The notes beneath the pieces were generated by a model. The model had not been told where the DNA came from. It worked only from the letters and a program-made list of their open reading frames with translations, and did no database searches. From contig MU004181.1 of the NCBI GenBank assembly GCA_010093605.1, positions 1,860,001-1,924,000 of the forward strand: DNA of 64,000 bases, given 5' to 3'. Source of the DNA: Lophium mytilinum. Its lineage: Eukaryota. Both the position numbers and the translations under genes were made by a program. Below are positions 36,438-49,349 of this stretch, piece by piece; the stretch's first letter is position 1; every line of letters begins with the position of its first letter.

Positions 36438-38778
36438 TCACGCCAGCGTGAACACCCCGCTACTCCCCTCAAACTCACTAATCGTCCCCGTGAACGCCGC
36501 CTTGGAGTCGCCGAAATACTTGATCCTGTACGTCCCCGCCTCCGCGGTCAAGCTCGTGTCCCAGGTCACCGTCACCTCGCTGTATCCCAGCACACTGTTC
36601 GTCCTCTTCCACTCAAACAACAACTCCCAGTCTTCGTCGTTCTTGACCTGCGTCCAGCTCCCGTCATCACCCCCCTTCTCCACTGCTGCGTACGTCGCCT
36701 CGAGCTTGAGGTTGTTGCGCGGGTTGGCCGCTTGGAAGACAACTTTGACAGGAGAGCCAAGCGCATAGCTCGACGATGCCTCTGTCAATACCTGTCCAAA
36801 GCTCTTACCTAACGGCTTGCCGTCGAAGACAACGCCCCTGATGAAGCTAAGGCTCTTGTTGACGTTGTTTGGCGGCAGGGGGCCGAGCGGCGAGGTCTCG
36901 GTTGAAGAGTCGGAGACGTATGGCAGGTAGGTCAGCGTAGCATTGATGTAGGCGTTGAGAGTGTTCGGGCCATAGAGCGTGGAAGCGCCCTCGTATCGCT
37001 GGATTCCAAACTCTTCTTCCGTCGCGATGTAATGCGTGTAACTGTTTGCGGGGCCACCGAGTACGACGATAGGGGAAGTAGAAGACGACGAGACCAGGGA
37101 TGAAGAAACGGCCGCGTCGTAAACCGCCTCGCGCCAGCGGCGACCAGACATTGTGGTGGCTTCGCCGGGCGAAACGATCATGATGAACTGGCCTACGCGC
37201 AAGACTTGGATGTCGACGATATTCGGCGTCCAGTCGTACGGTGTGTGGGCTTCTCCCACGTTCAGGAGGATGGGTTTGGGGTATTGGCACTTGATTTGCT
37301 CGGGACCTGGTTCCGCGATCAAACCCCCAACAACATTCCATAATGGATTATCGGGAGCCCCGGAGTTGTTCTGCTTAAAGTCAAATGCTCCCGGGCCGTC
37401 CGACGTGCCAGCAGCGAAAGAGTTGCCCATAGCTGCCGGGCAGGTGGAAGCAATGGTGCCGTTCGGGAGCGTAAAGGTAAAGTTGGAGAAGTCGACAAAG
37501 GTATGGAACGAGCGGACAGCATTTCCTGAGATTGGAATGCCGCTTACAGCCATAGAGTTGTAGATGCGGAGCGCTCCGTCCGCCTGCCGTTTCCCGATTT
37601 CATAGCAGCTCTTGACCCCTCCGTCGTCTAAACCGAAGTATGGGCCACGACCATGGCAATCCTGACTCTTTCCACCACAAGTACTGTCTTCAAAATTGCA
37701 CTCCGTATTCGAGCCATCTTCACACCAAGCCCCCTCTACGTTTGGCGTCGTGTCACCAACGTTGGCTTGGGAGAAGCCCGCAACGAATCCTTCTGCGGCA
37801 TTCGAAACGCTTTTCATTTCTTGTTCGACCAGATACGCTGCCACACCTTTGTTGTCTGCCGCAATGACAGTTTGGTTCCCCAGCAACGATGTTCCGTGGA
37901 CGGCAAACCAGGTCAGAATGCCGACATCTTTGCCATCGCTAGCTCTAGTAAACTTCAACAGTGTCATGGTTTTATCAACGTTATCGGTATATCGGTCTCG
38001 CTCAGACTTCGGATTTGCGAGATAAGCGTAGAGACTGCGGTTGATATTGGCGTTTTTTATGGTTTTAGTCCCCGCACTTATGGTTCCTAGCTCCATGCTC
38101 TCATGAGCTCTCTTTATGGACAACACTGCACCGTCCACGATAGCTTGGTAACTTTGCTTGCTGAACCCTAAGCTGGTGATTTGTGGAAGGAGATAATTGA
38201 GCCAAGCTCCAGGTCCGGAATGACTATGCGTGCCTGTTACGGCTACATTCTTCTGGCTATACATGGAATACTCAGATCCCAGACTCGCCAATCCCTCCAG
38301 TATTCCATATCTCACAGCTGTATCACCAGACTGTGTGTCCAAGACCATGTATACGAAGCGCTGAGAGGGGTCTTTGGGGTCTCCGACGATGAATGCGCGC
38401 GAGTAGATGCGTTGGCGGAGGCCGGTTCCGACTTGAGATGAGTTGGCATAGCCCATCATGTTGAGCTCGACGACGGGCCTGCGAACGTGATTAGCATCAT
38501 CCTCCTAGCCGAGCCGCAGTTTCACAGTCTGCTCACCCAGTGATATCCGCCTTACCAACTCCGAGCAGGTATTGCGAGCCTTCCGCTGATTCCGCCACCG
38601 CTGCAGCATCATTCTCGCTGAATATATGTGTCTGAGGGACAGGATGTCTCCCTTCTGGCCCTAATTTCCAATGCCAAAAGCCTACCTGCGGAACTCCGAA
38701 GCTGCTGCAGAGCTGGAATATTATGAACAAAGCGAAGACAGCAGCGCCTAGGGCGACTGCGATGTGTGAGCGTGCCAT
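36438..38778 (-). CDS. Neutral/alkaline non-lysosomal ceramidase
   Basis: N-terminal signal anchor, then YLLGVGKADITG|PVVE after one intron. Motifs GLRQRIYSRAF, THSHSGP, WFAVHGTS, NVGDTTPN, PGEATTMSGRRW, QRYEGASTLYG. Confidence 0.96.
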
Positions 38779-39172
38779 TCGCGCAGGCGGAGTTGGAGGT
38801 CGGGGAAGAGGAGCAACGCGCGTTACATGCTCAGGCGACGATCCGGGCAATACAGAGGCTATGGACAAGCCGGACGGCAGGTGACGATAGCTACGCAGCT
38901 ATAGCTGGCGTTACAAGGACAAGGGATGGAATAGTTGCAGCGTGGTGTTGCTCGTGAATGCAGGTTCCCCAGTGACGTGAATTTCATATACATTAGCGCC
39001 CCCTCAACGCCTATCCGCCGACCCTTGTGATCCCTGAAAACCGCCAAAAGCAGGGGAAAATAAATCCCATGTCGCGGGGCGTCTATCGAGCTGCCACAAA
39101 TCGACATCCCCTCACCTACCTCACCCACACCTCAATCTCCCCTCCAAGTTTCCATTGCCAATCGCGTCCAAG

Positions 39173-39928
39173 ATGCCGCTAATCAGCGAGGCGTACGACT
39201 CACTCCCATGTACGTTTAATATCGCGAAGTCTCCAGACATCCCCCAGTTCCACCCCCAGCCACCCGCTATCGCAGCTGCGCGCAACAAGGACAGCTCTAA
39301 CCCCAGCGCAGACATCGACGCAGTCCCGTCCACACACGCCCTCGACTCTGCACGCGCGCTGATAGAGGCCGATATCAAGAGCGCCGGCGTCGACTCCTCT
39401 GTACTCCATCCCGCCCTACTACCCTCCGCGTCCTATGTCCCGACGTACTCGCCCGCGCTCGAGCAGGAGCATGCCCGCCTGGCCGCAGACCCGAAGTCCA
39501 AAATCACAGGCGTAGATCTGAGCCGGTACGAGGGCCTTGAGGAACCGCCGGAGGCCGACAACGAGAACCCCGGGGAGCTGGCTGCGTGGACCGAGACGCT
39601 GCGCAAGGCGTATGCGTCGTCTGAGTACCTCAATGCGCGCCTGACCGAGCTAGGGCTACTAGAGAGGTTTGGCAAGAACATGTGGCTGGTTGGGAACGCG
39701 CAGCTAGAGGATATACTCAAGGCCTTGGAGGCGGAGCTAGCGGATACGAAGACCCAGATCGAAGCCACCGAGGAGGCGAGGAGGACGAATCAGGGCGCTG
39801 TCAAGGGCGAGGTGGATATATTGGAGGAGTCGTGGAAGAAGGGTGTGGGAAGGGTGTTGGAGACGCAGGTGGCCGCGGAAGCATTGAAGAGGGAAATATT
39901 GGAGCGGCGAAGAGCTGGGGCTGTTTGA
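39173..39928 (+). CDS. SPF27: Pre-mRNA splicing factor SPF27/BCAS2 (Cwf7-like, Prp19 complex)
   Basis: MPLISEAYDSLP-YID after removing intron 39210-39311. GVDLSRYE, LLERFGKNMWLVGNAQLE, C-terminal coiled coil LEESWKKGVGRVLETQVA. Confidence 0.92.
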   Translation: MPLISEAYDSLPCTFNIAKSPDIPQFHPQPPAIAAARNKDSSNPSADIDAVPSTHALDSARALIEADIKSAGVDSSVLHPALLPSASYVPTYSPALEQEHARLAADPKSKITGVDLSRYEGLEEPPEADNENPGELAAWTETLRKAYASSEYLNARLTELGLLERFGKNMWLVGNAQLEDILKALEAELADTKTQIEATEEARRTNQGAVKGEVDILEESWKKGVGRVLETQVAAEALKREILERRRAGAV

Positions 39929-41025
39929 TCTGGGATGTTGATATACAAAGGCGGCGTTCATCGGTCATAAAAGCGTTGCATATCCCAGGCTGTGGCCCGG
40001 CGAGGCTTCACCCGACGACCATGAGGTAGCAGAATACCCAAGAAGTAATGTGTTTTGGTCTCAATCATCATGTCAGGCACGTACTAAGTTACTGAACGGG
40101 GGCATATTAATGATCGTTGACATTATACACTGCTTTCTCATAGGTTTGTGTCCTCTTTGTCGCCGCTTACGGTACTTAATTGTAGCAATAGGGATCCATA
40201 ACGACAGGCTACATGTTCGGTGTATATTTAGACAGCTCCCTCATTCATTTATTTCAAAACACATTGAGGAGCCACCAGGAGCGGCAAACGTCTCGAAGAC
40301 GTATGTATCGGGTCTTTCCATATGGCCTATCGATTGGGGGAGAGCACGCATGCAGTCTTCACAGTAAATCGATAACCTTTTCGCTGGGCTTGTAATAAAA
40401 CGCTTCTTGATGCTCAATGGCACCTGATAAGTATGCGACTTTCTCAAACGTCATTTTCAAAAAAGAATAGAATGCCGAATGTAAGCTCTCATTTTTAGGC
40501 AATAGGCTAGACCAGTCTGAACGGGCCGATATCGCTTTAAGCTTTCTAGAGGACCTCGCGTTGTCCACCGCCACATCGTCATTACGCCTAGGAAACTCTC
40601 GACAATACCGCGAGGCTCTTGAAGATTGTAGCCACATGCCCATGGGGTGTTGAAAAGGGAACGCATCAAGCCATGATAAAAGGATGTGGAGATTCCAAAT
40701 ATCTTCTTACAACTGCCAAGAAGTGGGGACGCCAATATAGGTAGATAGATCTAGACCTATGCACGCGGCATCCATGGAACTAGAATCCCGAACGATGGTG
40801 GCGGTAGGCGCTGGATAGCTTCAATAGCTTCTGGGGCTCCGCGCTGGTCGTCTCCTCCGAATATCTTTATCATCCCACCTCTAACACACAGGCAAGCATC
40901 ACGGCCATCTGCTCTTTTCTAGCTTGATGCCGATGCATGGTCGATCGTGACCCGTTCCTGGCCAGGTACGCGACTCTACCCCTCCGCCCCCGCCTGAATT
41001 TATGCTGACGATTCGCTGTCTAGAC

Positions 41026-44000
41026 ATGAACGCCGACGCAGCAGTACTTCAACCTCTGGCTGCCCTCGACCTGTCCTCCCACAACCACCTTGACAGCCAC
41101 GTCCTCGACCTCGATTCGCTGCGCTCATTGCATCTTCTCCCCGTCCTGGAGCTTGACGACCGACCTACTCTCATACTCGATCTCTGGACTGCCGAAAACG
41201 ACCAATCGAAAGCACTCCAGCCGATATATACCAACCCAGCATTGCTGGCCTCAGGAGAGCTGCTCAGCCTGGTGACTGGGAATGTTCAAGTCAGCTCGAC
41301 GAACCCTACTCCTCTGCGTCCGTACTCGCGGTTCCGACAATGGCTGCTCAAAAAGAAGCATCAGTCCAACGCATCCTCGAGAGGGAACGCATATATGTTC
41401 GAGGTAATAGTGCCAGCTACAATGTCTTATCATCGGTCTATTCACGCTCGTCTGCCGCTGCCTGAAGTCCCAAAATGCATCCTCAAGTACATCGCTTCGA
41501 ACGATGAGTAGCTTTGCTAGGATATATCGGATGATGGCCGATGAAGCACGTACTTAGGCATGTGGCCCATCTCTCTACGGAGAATCTATAAATACGGTAA
41601 AGCGCCACAGGCAGCGGCAGAGGAGTGTACACGAATTGATGGAGGGGCATTGTTTGTGTAATATGGTCAGTTATCTGACGAAATACCAGGGTTTCTTCTG
41701 GTCGGCAACCAATATCGATGATAGATGGAAGATCATCAGCGGCCTCCAGAGCTTCCTGAGTCCAGTCAAGTCTAGCGGCATCTCTGCTCACGATAATGCG
41801 AAGCCAGACCATACCAAGCCTCGGGCAGTAGCGCGAAACTCATCTGATCAATCAGACCGCGACGAGAAGCTAGAAGGCGTTTTAGGCGGCCCCCAAATGC
41901 CTTCCCGCGCGTTATATACTATCGACCAACTTTCCCAAGCCAATTCCAAGGAGCATCCACCCAGGCTTAAGGAAAGGTCATCCAGTACTGAGGAGATCTC
42001 CCCCAAAATAGGTCCGTTTGATTGCACTCTAGATGGCAGCTTCGGACCTACGAGCCCCCATATCGACTTTTTTAGAGAATTTAATTGGTCGGAGACTTCT
42101 CTAGGCCCGATGAACCAATGGCCAGAGCATTTACGTACGATCGTAAACGTCGTAATGAAAGACACCAATCCCGCCGTGATTTTCTGGGGTGACGATGTAG
42201 TATTGATATATAACGAAGCCTACATTGAAGTTTTGGGCGTCCTACACCCCATGGCTTTCGGAAAATCCGCGAGGCTGGCTGTAAGTGAGTAAACCCCCTT
42301 GTCTGCTAGATAGAAGTGCGTCGTCATAGGTCTGTGTACATTTCTTCGCTACCATTTGTGGTGCTCCAACGGGTCTTCGAATATCTACATGAAAATGGAA
42401 TATACCGTTTTAAATACCGAGTAAACACCGTCCGCTACCTCCGAGAAGAGTAGATGGCGTGCACAGGTTTGAAGTTCAAGATTTCAGAAAATGACTTGAA
42501 GCACCGCATGCAATGGCACAAGAGTGTACACTTGTTCATGACGAGGCAGCGTAAGTAAAGTACAAATCTGACGTTCTTGTAGGCGAATACTGGGGGCACT
42601 TCGAACGTACGTAAAGATCTTTATGATTGTCACATAGTGGCTATCCATAGCCGCCTCCCTCCTAGCCGCCTACATCTAAACACACAATAACACGCCTCGA
42701 CCCCTTCTAACATCCTACAGCGATCGTGCAACACATACGCTCAACAGGGGCAGCCGTGGTATCACACGACTTGCCACTATTCCTCGACCGGCACTCATTT
42801 CTCGAAGAGACCTTCTTTTCCTTTCAAGTGAGTGTGAATCAGGTGGCCATGTACACGCTTTATGGGCATGGATGTCCCATACTTTTCATAATTGACTGAG
42901 AAATCACAGTTCATGCCAATAATGGACGAACATGGTTATATCGCAGGGTTCTATGAACCGATAATGGAGACCACGAAGTGTGTTCCCTGCTATTAAATTC
43001 TCTTCACAAGGGACGCTGATCTTACTGGAACCTAGACACAAACTGCTCGAGCGAAGAGTCAACTCGCTCATGGAGGTTGGCGCGCAGACGGCGAAAGCTC
43101 GAGATATCAAAACATACTGGAACTATGTTTTGGAAACATTAACAGCGAACGACAAGGTTCGTTAACAGCGCTCCTAGAACACTGAAGTTCAGTTTCAAGA
43201 GCCGTTGGGCTAACGGTTTCAGGATGTCCCTTTCGCCTTGTTGTACTCTGTCCAAGAGGATGACCGGTTCAACGATACTGCTTCCGTATCCACGACGAGC
43301 ACGCAACCACCCAAGCGTTGTCTTCTGAAAGGGGCAATAGGCGTCGAAACTGGCCATCCAATAGCGCCGTCTGAGATCGATCTGACTGACGTGTCCAAGT
43401 TGTTTGTTCCGCAGCTACACCGCGTAGCTAAGTCTAGAAAAACGATGTTGATGAACATTTCCGTCGACCATTCTGAATTACTGGAGGGCATCGCATGGCG
43501 CGGTTATGGGGATCCCTGTTCCGAACTGATCATAACGCCTATACTACCTACCAGAAACTCTGAACATGTGCTCGGTTTCGTCATTCTCGGACTAAACCCC
43601 CGGCGCCCTTATGATGAAGACTACGAGAATTTCATCGGGGTGATGAGCCGGCTTCTCGCCACATCTTTAGCATCGGTTGTCTTATTCGAGGAGGAGATCC
43701 GTCAAAGAGAAGAGAAGATTGAAGAGACCACCAAGACTCAACATCTCCTAGCTGAGAGACTACTTCAGTCGCAGCGTGAGGTCGAGATCCGAGAACAGAA
43801 ATTCCAGCGCTTTGCCGAGCGAGCAGACGTGGCTATCTTCATCTGTCTGCCGACGGGCAAATATACCTGTGAGTAGCAGGAGGCACTGCACACAGCTGCG
43901 AGTATTTACTAATCACCTGATTCTAGACCGTAATCAAAGATGGTTCGATATTTTCAGCACTGCTGTACAGTACGAAGATGTCACGGAAGCCTGGTCGCAT

Positions 44001-46016
44001 ATAGTGACCCCGGAAGACCTGAAGCTTTGCGAATCGATATTTGCTCGTTTGGTAACACAACAAGCAGCTCAAGTAAATTTGATAATTTACCAAGCCCAAC
44101 TGTAATAAGCACTAATTGATTGCAGACGTTCGAACTAAAGACGAAAATGCACTGGAAGCCACCGAAAGTTACATCTCCACAAAGTCAAACGCAAACGCAC
44201 TTCGTTTGGATTCTCTGCTCTGCGTGGCCAGAGATTGGGCCCGATGGAGAGGTTATTGAGATAGTGGGCTGCGTGACTGATAGTGAGTTCATCCGCCGTC
44301 CTCCGTTTTCTGTATCACATCCGGCTAAATCTCATCTAGTCAGTCGACAGAAATGGGCCGAAGGCATCCAGAAAATCCGCAGCGAGAACGCTCTGGAAAG
44401 TAAGCGGCAGCTAGAGACCTTCATCGACACTACATCTCATGAGATGAGGAACCCATTGTCTGCAGTCATGCAATGCGCCGACGGCATCATTACTTCCTAC
44501 TCAGGGGCCAAACGAACATCCTCTTCGGATCCTCCAACCGCCTATTCTGGTCTTATCGACACTGGATTAGATGCTGCACAAACCATCATCCAGTGTGCCC
44601 AGCATATGAAACGAATTGTGGATGATATCCTAACGATTTCGAAACTCGACGCTGGACTCTTAGTCATCACACCAGTTGCTGCACAACCCGAAACGGTGGT
44701 CGCGCATGCAGTAAGGATGTTTGAGAGCGAGGCAAGAGCTGCAGACATAGAAATGAATCTCGTAGTTGAGGATTCGTATCGCGAATTGGCCGTTAGCTGG
44801 GTAAATCTTGATCCGACAAGACTATTACAAGTTCTCATCAACCTTATCACCAACTCGATTAAGTTCACGAGGTTAGAGACGACACGCTCAATATCTGTTA
44901 GACTAGCGGCGAGCTCGGAACGGCCAGAAATCTCCCAAGATGGCATCAAATACGTTCGAACCAAGGCCGCGGACGAGAACTCAGAACTGATTGAAGACTG
45001 GATGCGAGGGAATAACGTCTTCGTTCAATTTTCCGTGCAGGACACCGGCCGCGGGCTTAACGAGGACGAAAAGGCTTTGCTCTTTGCTAGATTCAGCCAG
45101 GCCAGCCCCAAAACGCATATTCACTACGGTGGCTCGGGGCTTGGTCTTTTCATATCCAGAAAACTTGCTGAGATGCAAGGAGGCGCCATAGGATTTGATT
45201 CTACGGAGAAAAAGGGCAGCACATTGTAAGTCTGATATTCTCTCTACGTACAACACATCGTCACAGACCTATGTAAACCCTTCTGCCACTTCGTGGGGCA
45301 TGGTATCAATCGTCCAGATCTGACAGTCTCCCAGCTCTTTCTACATTAAGGCTCGGCGCAGCAGGCCACCTTCAACAGCCCGGCGCGGCTCCATGGCATT
45401 CCTAGATGGCCAGAGAGTTTCCCAGAGCTCAACCACTGGACACGACACCAGGCCTAACCTCATAAGGCAGGCGAGTGGTCTTACCAACAGCCCCGAAGCC
45501 ATATCTGAAGAGGCCATCAAACCACCGGAAGCAACATCTCAACTACCACTCCAACAGGCCCCCCGGGTGCACAAAGCCCCCGAGGCCCTCCACGTACTAG
45601 TCGTCGAAGACAACCTCGTCAACCAACGCGTCCTAGCCAAGCAACTTCGGAATCTGGGCTGCATCGTGGACGTGGCGAACCACGGCGCGGAAGCCCTCGA
45701 CTTCCTTCGCAAGACCGTTCACTGGAACTCGACTGACTCAGCTGTAGTTGACGACGGCCAAGAGCTTTCAGTGATCCTAATGGACTGGGAAATGCCAGTC
45801 ATGAACGGCCTGACTGCCGTGAGGAAGATACGGGAATACCAGCAAGAAGGAATGCTGAAGGGCCATGTACCGGTGATTGCGTGCACCGCCAATGTCAGAC
45901 AGCAGCAGATTTCCGAGGCAATGGATGCTGGTATGGATGATGTGGTCAGTAAGCCGTTCAGGGTTCCTGAGCTCTTGGAGCGGATTCGGACACTTATTGA
46001 GTCTTTGCCGCCTTGA
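41026..46016 (+). CDS. Hybrid sensor histidine kinase/response regulator (PAS-like/GAF-like, HisKA, HATPase_c, REC)
   Basis: Multi-exon gene. WSETSLGPMNQWP...IFWG...IYNEAY PAS-like block, H-box TSHEMRNPLS, N-box QVLINLITNSIKFT, G1 DTGRG, G2 GGSGLGL, receiver VEDN...LMDWEMPVMNG...KPF. Start codon is approximate. Confidence 0.95.
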
Positions 46017-46630
46017 GAACAATGCCTTCGTGGAATTGATTGTTCACTTCACTGCTTGATAGAGATGCAGGCATGACTAGCACACAGTCATGGGCTTATC
46101 GAGGCTAGAAGAGCCATCGCTGCATCAAGCCGCTTTGGGCCTTCTATGCACTATCATGCCTATCAGAGGGGGTCTTCCAAGGTGCTGTGCCATAGACGTT
46201 CGATGCCAATAGGCCATGGTACTAAAGAAAGTCCTTGGGCCCGAGTTGGAGAGTCCCCATGTGGAATCGCTGAGTTTGTTGCTGCTGGAATACATATTCT
46301 TGGCTTTAGTCAGAGTGTGGAGGCTTTAGGAATGAGATTGGGAATAGAAGCAGGACTCTGCTGAAATACCAACCTTAATAATCTAGACCCCCGCGAGCGG
46401 TTCAACTGATATGGAAGGCAGAAGAGCTATAGACTGGTTTCGTGCTTTCTGTTTTTCGGCATATTGTTAGTCTTTGAATTGAGGAGGAGGGATACACTTA
46501 GGATACGAGGAGAGTTGCAGATGAAAAAATAGGGCGGGTATATATATAGCAGGTAGGGAGGCATTCGAATCCTCGAAGTTATATGATAGATCAACAACAG
46601 TGAGGACCCATAAGTTGCAACCACGACCAA

Positions 46631-46725
46631 AAACCGCCCTGGCACGTGATGGCGATTTTGCGGGTCTGCCCTCCACACCTTTTGCGTACTGCCAAGACCT
46701 GCCCGAACAAGTATACAATCACGTG
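46631..46725 (-). repeat. Copy of the ~90-bp dispersed repeat family
   Basis: AAAACCGCCCTGGCACGTGATGGCGATTTTG...TCCACACCTTTTGCGTACTGCCAAGACCTGCCCGAACAAGTAT matches the reverse complement of the 19978 and 25030-25112 copies. Confidence 0.8.
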
Positions 46726-47138
46726 CCATCCCTTTCTATGTCGCGAGCGAGGCCCAGTTTAGGCTTTCACTCACAAGTAGTCCACGCATTAACTCGTATG
46801 CAGTTATAGTTACACTCACGCGCAAAACTATTCTTGAAAATTCGAAGCTAGGAACACAGATGCAGAAAGATGCCGGTTCACCTGCGTAGACGTCAGGGAT
46901 GTCGGCGCGTTCCGATGTTGAGATCGACCACTACGCATCGCACATAAAAACAACATCCCCTCCAAGATAACTAACCAGCTTTTCCCACTGACAGAGCCCT
47001 CTCTCAACCACTTCAATTGAATGTGTGGCGAATTGATTTCCAGATAGTTCTGAGTCTTGGAATCAAAAGAAGAAACACCTTCTCTTCACTTCCCCACTAC
47101 CCCTCTAGGAGATCCGACCTCAAGCCATTTCTCGCCGT

Positions 47139-47633
47139 ATGCCGGTCCCCTCAACCTCTACGCAAGCAATCCAGCGGCTATCAACCCTCTCCTCCCATCT
47201 CGAACCATCTCCCGCTTCCGCGACCTCAAACCCTCCCACCATGTCCACCGCTCCTCGACCCCCCATAACCTGCCACGTCCTCGACACCACCGTCGGCCGT
47301 CCCGGTGCCAACATCCCCGTAACCCTCACGCTCGTATCTCCATCTTCAACAGCGAGTGCCTCCTTTACGTCTATCACGAACTCCGACGGACGCGTCACGG
47401 CGTGGAAACCTGCCTCAGATAGCCACACCTCCGATCTTGCGAGTGTCTTCCAGGAGCCGACGGAGCAGGTGTGGGCTCTGATATTCGATACACTAGAATA
47501 CTTCAAGGAGAAGGGGGTGGATGCGTTCTTCCCGGAGGTGGAGATCAAATTCGTGGTGAGGAGCAAGGAGGAGCATTATCATGTACCTGTGCTGCTGGGG
47601 CCGTTTGGGTATACGACGTATCGGGGGAGTTGA
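47139..47633 (+). CDS. 5-hydroxyisourate hydrolase (transthyretin-like protein)
   Basis: ITCHVLDTTVGRP, TNSDGR, FFPEV, HYHVPVLLGPFGYTTYRGS with the family's terminal YRGS. The N-terminal extension has the PTS2 pattern RLSTLSSHL. Confidence 0.96.
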   Translation: MPVPSTSTQAIQRLSTLSSHLEPSPASATSNPPTMSTAPRPPITCHVLDTTVGRPGANIPVTLTLVSPSSTASASFTSITNSDGRVTAWKPASDSHTSDLASVFQEPTEQVWALIFDTLEYFKEKGVDAFFPEVEIKFVVRSKEEHYHVPVLLGPFGYTTYRGS

Positions 47634-48126
47634 GGGGTGATGGCGCTGTTATAGGGGTGCATGTGTTGATCAAGGTTTGGCATTTAGGACTGGGTATATA
47701 TCGGTGTACAAGCAATGAAGACGGATGAAATGAATCATGATATGATAACTATCACGAGCAGAAGGCACATGTGGGAATGGTCTTAGTGTGTAGGATTCGG
47801 AGGCTTTCTGGGTTCTACCAAAGTAGTTCTCTTGTCGTTCAAGTCTTTCACTTCCAGTTTCTTTCCTATCTGCTACTCTGATGTTTTCGTGCTTCCGGTT
47901 CCATCGACGAGGATATCTTTGTAGGCATTCTGCCTGAAGAAAACACAATCTATCGTAGTATCATGCAATCTGCAAGTCGCTTAGGAGCATATCACACGCA
48001 TTTGAAGACATCCTCATAAATAGTCTCAGTCCCTCGCATCTCTAAACCTTTCCCTCCCCCATCCAACCACTCCGATCTCAAACCCCTCTCAACCCCCCTA
48101 TTCCCTCTCCAAACACCCAACCCCCC

Positions 48127-48886
48127 TCAACCCCTCTTAATCGCCTCCGGCTTCTCCGCCCCCAACAACGGCTTAAACCCGGGATCCCCCTTCTCCATCG
48201 CCCGCTTATACGCCGGCCTCTCCCCCACCCTCTCCAACCAGCTCACCACATTCGGATACGGCGTCAACTCAAACGGATTAAACTGCCTTAACCCCGTCAG
48301 ATTCCACACCGTCATCAGATCCGCCAGCGAAAACTCGTCTCCCGCAAGCCACTTGCTTTCCCCCAGCCGGTCGTCCACCATTTTCGCCGCGAGCTCGAAC
48401 CGCGCCTGCACGCCCTTCGCGGCGGGGTTCGCGGGGTCCACCTGCGCGAACGCGAACATCATGACGCGCCCGGTCGAGGGGCCGAGCGTGCCGTTGGCGA
48501 AGTGGCGCCAGAAGACGTAGTCGGCGAAGTTGGGCGCGGAGGGGGCGGGCACGAGGGCGTTGGGGGTGGGCGCGTATTTGGCGAGGAGGTATTCGGTGAT
48601 GGCGTCAGTTTCGGCGAGCTTGACGGGGCCGTCGTAGATTATGGGGGCGGTGCCGGAGGGGTGGCTGGGTGGAAGAGAGGTTAGAATTGTGGATTTTGCG
48701 AAGAATGGGAAGAATGGGAGGGGTTAATAGGGAGCTGGCTTACAGGGCTTTGTACTCCGGCGGCGCGAGTAGAGTGTGTTTATCGCGCTGGTAGAGTTTT
48801 AATTCGTAGGGGATGTTCAGTTCTTCACATAGCCAGATGATGCGCTCGGACTGGGAGCGCTGGAGGTGGTGGAGTATGATGGTCAT
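48127..48886 (-). CDS. Glutathione S-transferase (GTT1-like)
   Basis: MTIILHHLQRSQSERIIWLCEELNIPYEL...APPEYKAL|HPSGTAP...LAETDAITEYL, one intron about 48667-48743. C-terminal WLAGDEFSLADLM...YPNVVSWLERVGERPAY. Confidence 0.93.
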
Positions 48887-49349
48887 GGTGAAGCTTTTGA
48901 TCGGCTCAGAGTTCTGTTATTTGTCTCTGTTTAGAAAAAGCTGGCTTGTTGAAGTATAAATGTTTTTCAGGTACCTCGGCGGTCCGGACTTAAGAGCGGG
49001 GGAGGGGTATACGTACGTCACTGATAGCCGGATGTTTTGGAGGCGCTTGTTGAAGGTGGAGACAATCATGTTATTCTGACTAGTATGGGGTAGTCTAGAT
49101 CTTTGAGAGCTTGACCGGAGAGGAAAGAAGCCGAGCGAAGAGATAATTAATGTTTTATGCAGGGTATATACATTGGAGACAGGTCGTACATTAGACTTGA
49201 AAGAGAAATTATTGTACACGCTTGATAATCATGGCTTTTATGAAGATTCTCGTACGAGAAGTTGAGGGAACTGGAACCTTTGCTGATTGATTTAAGCTCT
49301 GTCATACGACGTTTCAGATAGAGTCGGACCAATGGTGGACATCACCCCA

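Noticed and set aside
32876..46016. atfA, ceramidase and histidine kinase as a stress-signalling cluster
   Set aside because: Ordinary core genes with no shared promoter motif seen. Adjacency alone is not evidence of a functional cluster.
48040..48130. AACCCC-rich stretch as telomeric repeat
   Set aside because: Irregular low-complexity 3' flank of the GST, with no tandem TAACCC units.
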